Source: an uncultured virus (IMG/VR IMGVR_UViG_3300045051_001511) | Lineage: Duplodnaviria > Heunggongvirae > Uroviricota > Caudoviricetes | DNA: 64,000 nucleotides | Virus record (IMG/VR): IMGVR_UViG_3300045051_001511 | Reading direction: 5' to 3' (one strand) | Shown: positions 6,174 through 15,800 of the stretch, piece by piece | Layout of the letters: each line of letters starts with the position of its first letter | How positions within the stretch are numbered: the stretch's first letter is position 1 | Translations under genes and position numbers: made by a program | Notes under the pieces: generated by a model | Database searches by the model: none | Seen by the model: the letters and a program-made list of their open reading frames with translations, nothing else | Told to the model about the DNA's origin: nothing

Positions 6174-8732
6174 ATGATGATCGAAAATCCCAACTATAGC
6201 GAGTTCCTTCGCTCGAAAATCGTCATCGCGCCGGAATCAGGATTCGAGGTATCCGACGCGGATCTCTTCCCAGCCCTCAAGCCCCATGTCGCCGAGTCTG
6301 TGAAATGGATGATTCGCGGCGGCCGGCGCGCGCTCTTTTCGAGCTTCGGGCTACACAAGACGGTGACGCAGCTTGAGTGCCTTCGCCTTATCACCGCGCG
6401 CGAGCCAGGGAAGGCCCTCATCGTGGCGCCGCTCAATGTGGTGGACGAGTTCTATAGCGACGCTGCGACGCGCCTTGATGGGCTCCCGATCGAGTACATC
6501 CGCAACCAGCACGAGGCCGAGGCGGCAAGCTCGCGGATCCTCATTACGAATTATGAGCGCGTCCGCGACGGAGACATCGAGCCTGGCGCTTTCGTCGCGT
6601 CGTCGCTCGATGAGGCCTCGGTCTTGCGCTCTTACGGGAGCAAGACCTATCAGGAGTTCCTCCCTCGCTTCGGCGCGGTCCCCTATCGCTTCGTGGCCAC
6701 GGCTACCCCGAGCCCGAACCGCTTCAAGGAACTCATCCATTACGCCGGGTATCTCGGTATCATGGACACCGGCCAGGCTCTTACCCGTTTTTTTCACCGA
6801 GACTCGACTCAGGCAAATAATCTCACCCTCTACCCGCACAAGGAAAAAGAATTTTGGTTCTGGCTTTCAACCTGGGCTCTGTTCATCACGAAGCCCTCCG
6901 ATATCAGCCCAGTATTTTCTGACGAGGGTTATGTCCTCCCGGATCTCGATATCCACTATCACAAGGTCGACGTTGATCACGCCACGGCCGGCGCTGAGGA
7001 CGACGGACAAGTCAAGCTTTTCCGCGACTCCGCGATGGGCCTCAAGGATGCTGCTCGCGAAAAGCGAGACTCGATCGATATCCGCGTCGAGACCATGAAG
7101 GCGATTATCGACGAGGCCCCCGAGGATCACTTCATCCTCTGGCATGATCTTGAGGCCGAGCGTCATGCGATCGCGAAAGCCCTTCCCGAGGCGGAGGCCG
7201 TTTATGGCTCCCAGGACGTAGAGCTCAATACCGAAATCACGCGCCGCTTCAAGCGCGGCGAATCGAAGTACCTCCCGACGAAGCCGGACATTTCCGGCCA
7301 AGGCGGGAATCTCCAGCATTTCTGTCATCGCGCGATATACCTAGGGATCGGCTACAAGTTCAATGATTTCATCCAGTCGATCCATCGCCTATTGCGCTTC
7401 GGCCAGGATCATCAGGTCAGGCTCGATATCATCTATGCGGAGAGCGAGCAGACGGTCCTTGATACGCTGCTCGCAAAATGGCAACAGCATAAGCAGCTCG
7501 TCGAGAACATGGTCGCGATCATCCGCGAGTATGGCCTCGGCTCGACAAGCGTCATGGAAAAGCTTGCGCGGACGATCGGCATAGAGCGCGAAGTCGTAGC
7601 CGGTCGCAATTTCACGGCCGTCCTCAATGATAATGTGCTCGAGCTCTCAAAGCGAACTGGCTTCGAGACCTCGGACGCAATGGCGAAGCTCGCCGACAAC
7701 TCGGTCGACCTTATCCATACCTCCATCCCTTTCTCGAATCACTACGAATATACACCCACTTATAACGATTTCGGTCATAACGAAGACAACGCCCGCTTCT
7801 TCGAGCAAATGGATTATCTTACCCCCGAGCTCCTTCGCGTCCTAAAGCCCGGCCGCGTGGCGGCGATCCATGTCAAGGACCGGATCCTCTTCGGCAATGC
7901 GACGGGGACGGGCATGCCCACGGTAGATCCCTTCTCCGATCTCACGACCGCGCATTTCCTCTTGCATGGCTTCCAGTTCATGGGCCGCATAACGATAGTC
8001 ACAGACGTCGTGCGGGAGAATAACCAGACCTATCGCCTCGGCTGGACGGAGCAGTGTAAAGATGGGACCAAGATGGGCATCGGCTGCCCTGAATATATCC
8101 TCTTGTTCCGCAAACTTCCGAGCGATACTTCTCGAGCCTATGCTGACGAGCCCGTCACGAAGACGAAAGCCGAGTATCCCCGTGCCCGCTGGCAGATCGA
8201 TGCTCACGGCTTTTGGCGATCCTCCGGTGATCGACTGGCGACCCTCGAGGAGCTCCGGGACTCGCCGGTCTCTAGCCTCCAGGCCCGCTATCGCGAATAT
8301 TCCCGCGAGACTGTCTACAACTATGCGGAGCACGTCAAGCTCGCGGAGGACCTCGAGGAGGATGACAAGCTCCCTTCCTCCTTTATGGTCGTGGCTCCCG
8401 GATCCTGGACGCCGGACGTGTGGGACGACATCAACCGCATGCGGACGCTCAACGGAGAGCAGGCGCGGAAAGAACTCACCATGCATATCTGTCCGCTCCA
8501 GTTCGATATCGTAGAGCGGATCATCACCCGCTTCTCGAATCCCGGCGAGCTCGTTCTCGATCCTTTTGCGGGCCTCTTCACGGTCACCTATATGGCCATC
8601 AAGCTGGGCCGCCGAGGATATGGCATCGAGCTAAACCGCGAGTCTTTCCAAGATGGGCTTCGCTATCCGCGCGAGATCGAGCGCGATGTGGATGCGCCGA
8701 CCCTCTTCGACCTGATCGAGGCCGGGGCGTGA
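6174..8732 (+). CDS. SNF2-like helicase fused to N4/N6 DNA methyltransferase
   Basis: GLHKT, LDEAS, TATPSPN, QSIHRLLRFGQ; then TSIPF and C-terminal VLDPFAG. Confidence 0.85.
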   Translation: MMIENPNYSEFLRSKIVIAPESGFEVSDADLFPALKPHVAESVKWMIRGGRRALFSSFGLHKTVTQLECLRLITAREPGKALIVAPLNVVDEFYSDAATRLDGLPIEYIRNQHEAEAASSRILITNYERVRDGDIEPGAFVASSLDEASVLRSYGSKTYQEFLPRFGAVPYRFVATATPSPNRFKELIHYAGYLGIMDTGQALTRFFHRDSTQANNLTLYPHKEKEFWFWLSTWALFITKPSDISPVFSDEGYVLPDLDIHYHKVDVDHATAGAEDDGQVKLFRDSAMGLKDAAREKRDSIDIRVETMKAIIDEAPEDHFILWHDLEAERHAIAKALPEAEAVYGSQDVELNTEITRRFKRGESKYLPTKPDISGQGGNLQHFCHRAIYLGIGYKFNDFIQSIHRLLRFGQDHQVRLDIIYAESEQTVLDTLLAKWQQHKQLVENMVAIIREYGLGSTSVMEKLARTIGIEREVVAGRNFTAVLNDNVLELSKRTGFETSDAMAKLADNSVDLIHTSIPFSNHYEYTPTYNDFGHNEDNARFFEQMDYLTPELLRVLKPGRVAAIHVKDRILFGNATGTGMPTVDPFSDLTTAHFLLHGFQFMGRITIVTDVVRENNQTYRLGWTEQCKDGTKMGIGCPEYILLFRKLPSDTSRAYADEPVTKTKAEYPRARWQIDAHGFWRSSGDRLATLEELRDSPVSSLQARYREYSRETVYNYAEHVKLAEDLEEDDKLPSSFMVVAPGSWTPDVWDDINRMRTLNGEQARKELTMHICPLQFDIVERIITRFSNPGELVLDPFAGLFTVTYMAIKLGRRGYGIELNRESFQDGLRYPREIERDVDAPTLFDLIEAGA

Positions 8733-8935
8733 GCGATCAACTCGAGCTCGCCCTGGCCGACTCCGAGCCCACCCCTCCCCCTGATACCCGCCCTGTTCAC
8801 CTCTGGCCTAGCGAGAGCGCTGTCGAGATGCGAACGCTTTGCGGTAAGCGCGTCCTGGGGCTTCGCGTGACGGGGGAGGGGCGCGGGGTCACCTGCAAGA
8901 GATGCCGAAGGAAGATGAGGAGGGCCCGGGCATGA
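8729..8935 (+). CDS. Small putative Zn-binding protein
   Basis: VHL...TLCG...VTCKRC; GTGA and ATGA coupling. Confidence 0.55.
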   Translation: MSDQLELALADSEPTPPPDTRPVHLWPSESAVEMRTLCGKRVLGLRVTGEGRGVTCKRCRRKMRRARA

Positions 8936-10518
8936 CCGATCGCCTTCACCAAGCCGCTACGCGCCGGATCGCCCAGGAGATTGCCGCCGGCTCCGGCGTT
9001 TCGACGATTTATGAGTCCGTCACCCCGGGCGGCGGCAAGTCCGCCCTTCCCGGGATCCTGGCCGACCGCCTCATCCCGGCAGGGATTGTCGATCACCTCC
9101 TCTGGGTCGTCCCCCGGAACACGCTGCGCGAGCAGGGGGAGGGCGACTTCCCCGAGTGGAGCCGCTATCGGATCCGGGCCGCGGGGAATGAGGCCGACCC
9201 TTGCCGGGGCGTCGAAGGCTACGTCACCACCTACCAGGCGATCGTTGCCGACCCACGCCGGCATCAAGCCACGTTCTCCCGAGGGGGACGCTGGATGCTC
9301 TTCCTCGACGAGCCCCACCACGTCCTTGCAGGCGGCGCCTGGGACCAGGCCTTATCTCCCCTTGTTCGCGCCGCCCGCCTCTCCGTCTACGCCTCCGGAA
9401 CTTTCGCCCGCGGCGATGGCCAGAGGATCGCGGGCATCGAGTACGGGCCGACAGGCCTTCCCCTCCTCGGGCCGGCCCCGGGCCGCGCCGTCGTCACCTA
9501 CTCCCGATCTGACGCCCTCCGGGAGGGGGCCATCGTTCCCGTCCACTTCCGCCACCTGGACGGCCGCGCCGAATGGGAGGATGAGCAGGGCGAAGTACGC
9601 TCGGTCGATTCCCTGACCGGCCAGGACTACGCCGGCCCCGCCCTTTTCACGGCCCTTCGGACCGGCTATGCCCTCGAGCTCCTCGACGAATGTATCGCCG
9701 ACTGGATGGCCTATCGGGCCTCGACCTATCCCCAGGGCAAACTCCTCGTCGTGGCGCCGGACATTAAGACGGCCGGAGACTACCTGGCCCACCTGGGCCG
9801 CCGGCGGATCCCGGCGCTCCTCGCCACCTCCGACGACTCCCCGGCCGCGGCCGAGGCCATCGCCCGCTTCAAAGGCAAGGCCCTGCCCTCGGCGGAATGC
9901 CTCGTCACCGTGGCCATGGCCTACGAGGGCATGTCCGTCCCGGCCGTCTCGCACATCGCCTGCCTCACCCATATCCGCTCCATTCCCTGGCTCGAGCAAT
10001 GTTTTGCCCGGGGCAACCGGACGGCCCCCGGGAAGACCGAGGCGTTCGTCTTCGGGCCCGCGGATGCCCGCTATCGCGACGCTATCGCCTCCATCGAGGC
10101 CGAGCAGGTCCTCGGCCTCCAGGACTCGCCCTGGGGGCAGGAAGGCGGGTCGGGAAGCGAATCCGAGGAGGGGGAGAACGAAGGGAGCGAAGGGGGAGGG
10201 CCGGGCCGGCCGAAGATCGTCCCCCTCGAAAGTTCGGCCTACCGGGCCTCGGGCCCGGACCTCTTCAGCAAGGCGCCGGCCGCCCCTCGGCCTGACGGCG
10301 GCCTCACGCCCTCGGCGGCCCAGGCCCTCCTCCGTGGCGAGATCGACAAGCACATCAAGGCGATCCTCGCCAAGACGCTCGCGGGGAATGTGCAGACGAA
10401 GAGCAGGGTCATCCATGGGAGCTTGCGCGCGATCGTCGGTGGGAAGAAGCGGGGGGACTGCACGGTGGAGGAGCTCACGAGGCAGTGGGCCTACCTCAAG
10501 GACAGGTGGCCGGTGTGA
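8932..10518 (+). CDS. SF2 DExH-box helicase (ResIII-like)
   Basis: PGGGKS, LDEPHH, SGT, EQCFARGNR. Confidence 0.85.
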   Translation: MTDRLHQAATRRIAQEIAAGSGVSTIYESVTPGGGKSALPGILADRLIPAGIVDHLLWVVPRNTLREQGEGDFPEWSRYRIRAAGNEADPCRGVEGYVTTYQAIVADPRRHQATFSRGGRWMLFLDEPHHVLAGGAWDQALSPLVRAARLSVYASGTFARGDGQRIAGIEYGPTGLPLLGPAPGRAVVTYSRSDALREGAIVPVHFRHLDGRAEWEDEQGEVRSVDSLTGQDYAGPALFTALRTGYALELLDECIADWMAYRASTYPQGKLLVVAPDIKTAGDYLAHLGRRRIPALLATSDDSPAAAEAIARFKGKALPSAECLVTVAMAYEGMSVPAVSHIACLTHIRSIPWLEQCFARGNRTAPGKTEAFVFGPADARYRDAIASIEAEQVLGLQDSPWGQEGGSGSESEEGENEGSEGGGPGRPKIVPLESSAYRASGPDLFSKAPAAPRPDGGLTPSAAQALLRGEIDKHIKAILAKTLAGNVQTKSRVIHGSLRAIVGGKKRGDCTVEELTRQWAYLKDRWPV

Positions 10519-10538
10519 GGAGGGAGGAAGGAGGAGGG

Positions 10539-10703
10539 CTACTTCTGGAGACGCGGGAGAAGGTCTGGATGCTTCGTCCGGACGTAGTCGGTGATGGCGG
10601 CCTGTATGGCGTTGCTCCTCGAGTTGCGCGTCTCTCGATCGCAGATTTCGTCGATTACTTCGAGCATTTGCTGATCGAGATCGATGGACGTCTTCACCTT
10701 CAT
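10539..10703 (-). CDS. Ribbon-helix-helix (Arc/CopG-like) regulator
   Basis: MKVKTSIDLDQQMLEVIDEIC...SRSNAIQAAITDY; RBS GAAGGAGA. Confidence 0.75.
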   Translation of the reverse strand: MKVKTSIDLDQQMLEVIDEICDRETRNSRSNAIQAAITDYVRTKHPDLLPRLQK

Positions 10704-10740
10704 TTCTCCTTCATAGCACGAATTACCGCGCCATGCAACC

Positions 10741-10839
10741 AAAATACCGGGACGGGGTAGAAAAGTCAAGGTTTCTGTTGACAAAATACCGGCCAGCGGT
10801 ATATTTAGGTATACACCAAATACCGGTAGCCGGTATAAC
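10741..10839. promoter_or_regulatory. Divergent promoters with three ATACCG-N5-CGGTAT operators
   Basis: Plus strand TTGACA(10778)-16-TATATT; minus strand TTGACT-17-TATTTT; palindromes at 10744 (imperfect), 10786 and 10820. Confidence 0.75.
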
Positions 10840-10861
10840 GTGGTACAAAAAGGAGGTGACC

Positions 10862-11317
10862 ATGCTCGAATCCGTGTCCAGATCTCGAATCCAGGGCCCT
10901 CGCGCGCAGGCCCCCGTCGCCCTCCCCTCACGGAAGGCCGGGCGCCTCCAGGCCCGACCCGTGAAGGCTTCGGGCTTCCTCTGCGATCGCTGCCCGGACC
11001 GGGATGCCTGCATCCCTGGCCTACTCTGCCCCATGGTCGAGCCGGAGCCCGACGACGAGTACATCGACGAGATCAACGAGGCCGAAGCCCAGCGCCAGAT
11101 CGACGACTGGGCGGCTAAAGGAGCCACCATGCCCACCATCCCCGCGACCATCACGAGGAAGAACGACTTCCGCGCCCGCTACCAATCCTTTGCCACGGTC
11201 GAGGAGGCCATCGCCTACAGCCGGGCCCATCCCACCGAATGGGTCAGCCTCGACAGCGATCCCGAGCATTACTACCTGGCCGGCGAGCTCCGCGCTTTCG
11301 CCGCGTCCAGGACCTAG
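10862..11317 (+). CDS. Hypothetical protein (Cys cluster)
   Basis: RBS AGGAGG; CDRCPDRDAC. May include a second in-frame start. Confidence 0.6.
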   Translation: MLESVSRSRIQGPRAQAPVALPSRKAGRLQARPVKASGFLCDRCPDRDACIPGLLCPMVEPEPDDEYIDEINEAEAQRQIDDWAAKGATMPTIPATITRKNDFRARYQSFATVEEAIAYSRAHPTEWVSLDSDPEHYYLAGELRAFAASRT

Positions 11318-11356
11318 ATACCTCCCCATCCTGCCCGGGGCTCCCACTGGCCCCGG

Positions 11357-11424
11357 GGTCGCGGCGTGAAGCTCGCCGCCTGACGAGGGCGAAAGCCCCA
11401 TGGGCTCAAAGCAGGGCCGAAACC
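11357..11424 (+). ncRNA. Hammerhead ribozyme candidate (type III topology)
   Basis: GUC, stem I GCGGCG/CGCCGC, CUGACGA, branched stem II, GAAAC; stem III only 3 bp. Confidence 0.6.
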
Positions 11425-11441
11425 GAAGGAAGGAGGAAAAA

Positions 11442-12695
11442 TTGGATACCGCGAAAGCGCTAGCGATCATCAACCAGCATGCCGGGAAATCCCTCGTATT
11501 CGCATCGCGCGAAGAGGTGGAGAACGTTTCTCCGCAATACGAGCCGGTGGTCTCCATGCTTGAGCTCTCGAAGGACGATTTCACCGACGTTGGCCTAGGG
11601 AATATGTATCCCGGGAAATCCGCCACGAACAAGATCGCGGACGCGGCTGGCATTTCCTTCATTCCGGGGATCGGCGGCACCCGGGAGGAGGGATCTTGGT
11701 CCGCCGTTAGGCTCTTTCGCCAACCTGTCGGCGATAAGGGATTCTGGCAGGCACAGGGTGTATTCAAGGTCATCGGTGTTGCACAGGGGCAGCGGCTCAA
11801 GCCGGACGGTACCCCGCGCTATTCCTCGCCAAGGGAGTACGAGTTTAATCCGGTCGACCGAGCGAACGAGGATTTTCTCAAGGACTACCAGGAGAACAAG
11901 GGCAAATACATTTCGGAAATCTCTGCCCTCAAGCACCTCCAGGAGCTAAAGAAGTTCGCCACCCAGAGGGCCTCCACCGGTGCCCAGCTCGCCGTCATCC
12001 GCGAACTCGCCGGTGTCCCGACCGGGTTCAAGTCCAATCAACTTTTCACGGTCGAAGGCAAGGTAAAGCCCATGGTCTTCTCCCAGACCATCGAAAACAG
12101 CCGCTTCAAAATGGACATCGCCAAGGAAATCATGAAGACCCCGGACGGTCGCCAATCCATTGCCCAGGCCATGTTCGGCTCCTCCCGTGCCCTCTATGGT
12201 CCCCAGGGCCAGCCCCAGCAGGTCCAAGCTCCCCCCTCCGAAACCATCCGCGAGGCCGAGACCTTCGACGAGCCCGGCACAACCTCGGCCGGCTCGGCGC
12301 CCGAGGACTTCGGCGCCGCAGGAGATGCCAAGCCCGACCCGACCTTCGACACCCGCCTCGCCGAGGTCATCGGCGCTCTCTCCGATTGGTGCGCAGCCAT
12401 GGCCCTCCCCGAAGAGGTCGAGAAGGCCATCCAGCAGACCATCGATGCCGGCGAGACAAACCTCCGCGTCCTCGAGCCCCTCCTCGCCCTTGTCTCCCTG
12501 CTCGGCAACCGGCAGCTGTCAGCCCAGGGAGAGGTCACCGTCGCCAAGACCATCGCTGACGGCAAATACGACTGCATCGTCCTCGACGCGATGCTCGTCA
12601 AGGCGAAGCGAAACGCGGAAGTCTTCAAGGAAGCGAAAGAGGCCGCGGCCACGAAAGCCACCGCTCAGGCCGGGCAGACCCAGGGAGCGACGTGA
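11442..12695 (+). CDS. Conserved phage protein, candidate recombinase/single-strand annealing protein
   Basis: TTG start after AGGAGG; close upstream of the SbcDC fusion; homolog 55653..56900. Confidence 0.55.
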   Translation: MDTAKALAIINQHAGKSLVFASREEVENVSPQYEPVVSMLELSKDDFTDVGLGNMYPGKSATNKIADAAGISFIPGIGGTREEGSWSAVRLFRQPVGDKGFWQAQGVFKVIGVAQGQRLKPDGTPRYSSPREYEFNPVDRANEDFLKDYQENKGKYISEISALKHLQELKKFATQRASTGAQLAVIRELAGVPTGFKSNQLFTVEGKVKPMVFSQTIENSRFKMDIAKEIMKTPDGRQSIAQAMFGSSRALYGPQGQPQQVQAPPSETIREAETFDEPGTTSAGSAPEDFGAAGDAKPDPTFDTRLAEVIGALSDWCAAMALPEEVEKAIQQTIDAGETNLRVLEPLLALVSLLGNRQLSAQGEVTVAKTIADGKYDCIVLDAMLVKAKRNAEVFKEAKEAAATKATAQAGQTQGAT

Positions 12696-12849
12696 ACTGG
12701 CAGATAGTCATCACTGCGGACGGCACGGTCTGCACCTACCTCGTCCCGGGTGACACACGGAAGGAGGCCGTCGCCTACGCCAAGCGAAAGGCGCGGCGCG
12801 ACCTCCACGGACAGGACCTGCGCATCAGGAGCGCAGAAAGGATAACCAT

Positions 12850-15800
12850 ATGAAAATGCTTCATCTCGCGGACATCCACAAGAACACGAAGCGCTATCGC
12901 GATGTCGAGATCTCCCTCGACGTGGCCGAGGAGACGGCCAGGGGCGAAGAGATCGACCTCTTTGTCCTCGCCGGGGACCTCTATGACGGCGCCGAGCAGA
13001 ATAGCGAGATCGGGATGCACGACCCCTTCGCCGCTCGGATCCAACGCCTCGGCGATATCGCCCCGGTGGCGATCGTCTACGGGACCCCGACGCACGATAT
13101 CCCGGGGTCGCTCGACATCCTCGAGCGGCTGGCCTGCCGGTACGGGATCACAATCCTCCGCCCGGGCCAGGCCTACTTCCTCGACCAGCGCCAGATCGTG
13201 ACCGAGCCGACCTCGACATCCCAGGCCATCCTCTTCGGCATGCCCGAGCCTGGGCGATCCTGGATCGCCTCCCGCACGACCGAAGCCGGGAAGGCCAAGA
13301 CGGCCGAGGAGATCACCGCCGAGCTCAAGGAGCTCTCCGCCGCGATGCTCCTCGGCTACGGTGTCCGGCGCCGTGAATTCCCGTCCCTCCCGGCCGTCCT
13401 CGTCTATCACGGCCAGGTCCGCGGCTGCAAGCTCTCGAACGGCATGACCCTGCCCGACGGTCAGGTCTCGGCGGAGGACCTGCGCCAGGTCGGCGCCGAC
13501 TACTACGCCCTGGGCGACATCCACGAGCCCCAGCAGATCAAGGGGCTCCCGGCCTACTACCCCGGGTCGATCTATACGGACTGGGGGGAGTACCACAAGG
13601 CCGGTTGCAACCTTGTCGAGATCGCTCATCCTGTCGATCCCGAAACCAACGAGCTGTTTTCCTTCGACGGCACGGACGTCGATGTCAAGGTGACTCGCGT
13701 CCACTTCCCCCACCCGCAGCGCGCCAAGATCTGCATTCACTTCGGCGAGACCTTCCTCGGATCGGACATCAAGGGCCGGATAGTTTGGCTCGAGATGACG
13801 GCCACCAAGGAACAGGCCGCCGGTATCGATACCGATGAGCTCGAGGCCCTCCTCCTGAAATCGGGCGCCCTCCCCGGATCCCGCGCCATCCTCGACGTCC
13901 CACCGACCGAAACCGTCCGCGCCGGTGAGATCGCCAAGAAGGCGACCCTCGAGGAGAAGATCCTCGTCTGGGGCGAGAACTCCTCCATCGAGATCCCCGA
14001 TGGGGCCCGCGCGAAGGCCCGCGAGCTCGAGGCCGAGGTCGGCTCCCTGGCGGCGCTGTCAGGCCCCGAGCGCAGGATCCGCCAGATATGGACCCGCCTT
14101 CGCGGGAGCCGCGGCTTCTGGGCGAGGCAGAAGAAGGACGAGGTCTTTATTGACTGGGAGAGCTATGGCGAGGGCGTGGTGGCTTTTATTGGGCCGAATG
14201 GAAACGGCAAGACGACCACCTACGAATTCGGCAAGCCGTGGCCCATCCCTGTCTCTCGCCCCCCTAAAACGCTCAAGGCTCACTTCCGCCTGCGGGACTC
14301 CGCGATCGAGAATGTCTCCCTCGAGGAGGTTTCGGGCGTCTATTACCGGACCCTCGTCAACATCGATGGCGCCAACAAATCGGGCGAAGCGAAATACTTT
14401 TTCTACAAGGGCCCAGGCCGGGACGGTCCCTGGGAACCCTACAGTGCCGAGGCCACCTCCGGCCGCCAGGATCCCTTCCTCGCCGCGATCGACGAAGTTT
14501 TCGGTTCCATGGCGATCTACATGCGCACGGCTTTCGTCGCGCAGAAGGCGACGGCCGACTACCCGGATCTCGCTGACGCGACCAAGGGTGAGAAAAAGCA
14601 GCTCATCGCCGAACTCGTCGGCAAGGATTATTCGCCCTACGGCGCCGCGGCCAAGCTCCACGGCGATACCCTGGAGTCGGAGACGATCCGCCTCGACGCG
14701 ACGATCGCCGCGGCGGCCGGGGTCGACGACGACATCGCCCGGTTCGAGCTCGCGATCGCCGACGCCGAGGAGCGGGAGCGGGCCGCGGCCGGTGACGAGG
14801 AGCGGGCGATAGAGCGAGGCCTCCGGCTCAAGGCCGAGCGCGAGGCCTTCGTCCTCCTCGTCAAGGAGCTCGACCGCAAGGAGCAGCGCAGCGCCCAGCT
14901 AGAGCACGAGCTCGACGAGTGCCGGGCCGCGGTCACGAAGGCCGACGAGGAGGTCGCTCTTTTCTCGACCGCCGCGAATGGGCGGGGCGCGGCGGAGACC
15001 GAGCTTGCGAAAAGCGTCGAGCTCGAAAAGGAAGCCGGCGCCCTCCGGGCGGAGAAGGCCCGGATCGACGAAAAGAACCACGCCGCCCTCGTCGCCTACC
15101 AGGAAGAGCAGAGGGTGGCCGACCTCCGGCGGCGCTCGGCGCAGTCTGACCTAGACGCGGCACGAAAGGCGCTCGCCGAGGCGGAGAAGGCCGAGGCGCT
15201 CACCCTCGCCCAGGTAGACCCCGAGGCGGAGGCCAGGGTCGAGGCTGCCGAGAAGGAGGCCGCTGCGGCCGCCGCGGACCTCGACCTCGCCTTCATAGCT
15301 AAGGAATCGGCCGACAAGGAGCTTAAAGAGCTCGACGAAAGCCTCGAGGAATCGCGGCTCCAGCACCAAACCACCTTACAGAGCCAATTACAGAAGGCCC
15401 GCCAGGCAGTCTCCGAAGCAGAGCGCGCGTTAGCTGTCGCCCAGGCCAAGCTCGAGAGCAATCCGGAGCCGGCCGAGGACTGCCCCTACTGCGGGCAATC
15501 CCTCCCCGAGGGAATCTACGAGCCAAAGCTCCACGAGCACCATCAGGCCCAAGATGAAGTCAAACGCCTAGAGGGCCTCGTAGACGAGGCGGACAAGGTC
15601 CTGAAAGCGGCTCAGAAGGGATACGAGGATTGCGCCCGCGCATTCTCCGAGATCCAAGCCCGGCGCCCAGCCCTCGCAAACAAGGCCCTTGCAGCTCTGC
15701 AGGATGCCGGATCCGCGCAGCGCGCCGCCGATGCCGCGAAGACCTCCCTCGAGACGGCCAAAGCCGCCGCCCAAGCCTCAAAGGTAGCCCAGGAAGCCCT

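Noticed and set aside
10485..10760. Plus-strand ORF antisense to the RHH gene
   Set aside because: The minus-strand RHH ORF has a recognisable fold, RBS and promoter; this ORF has none.
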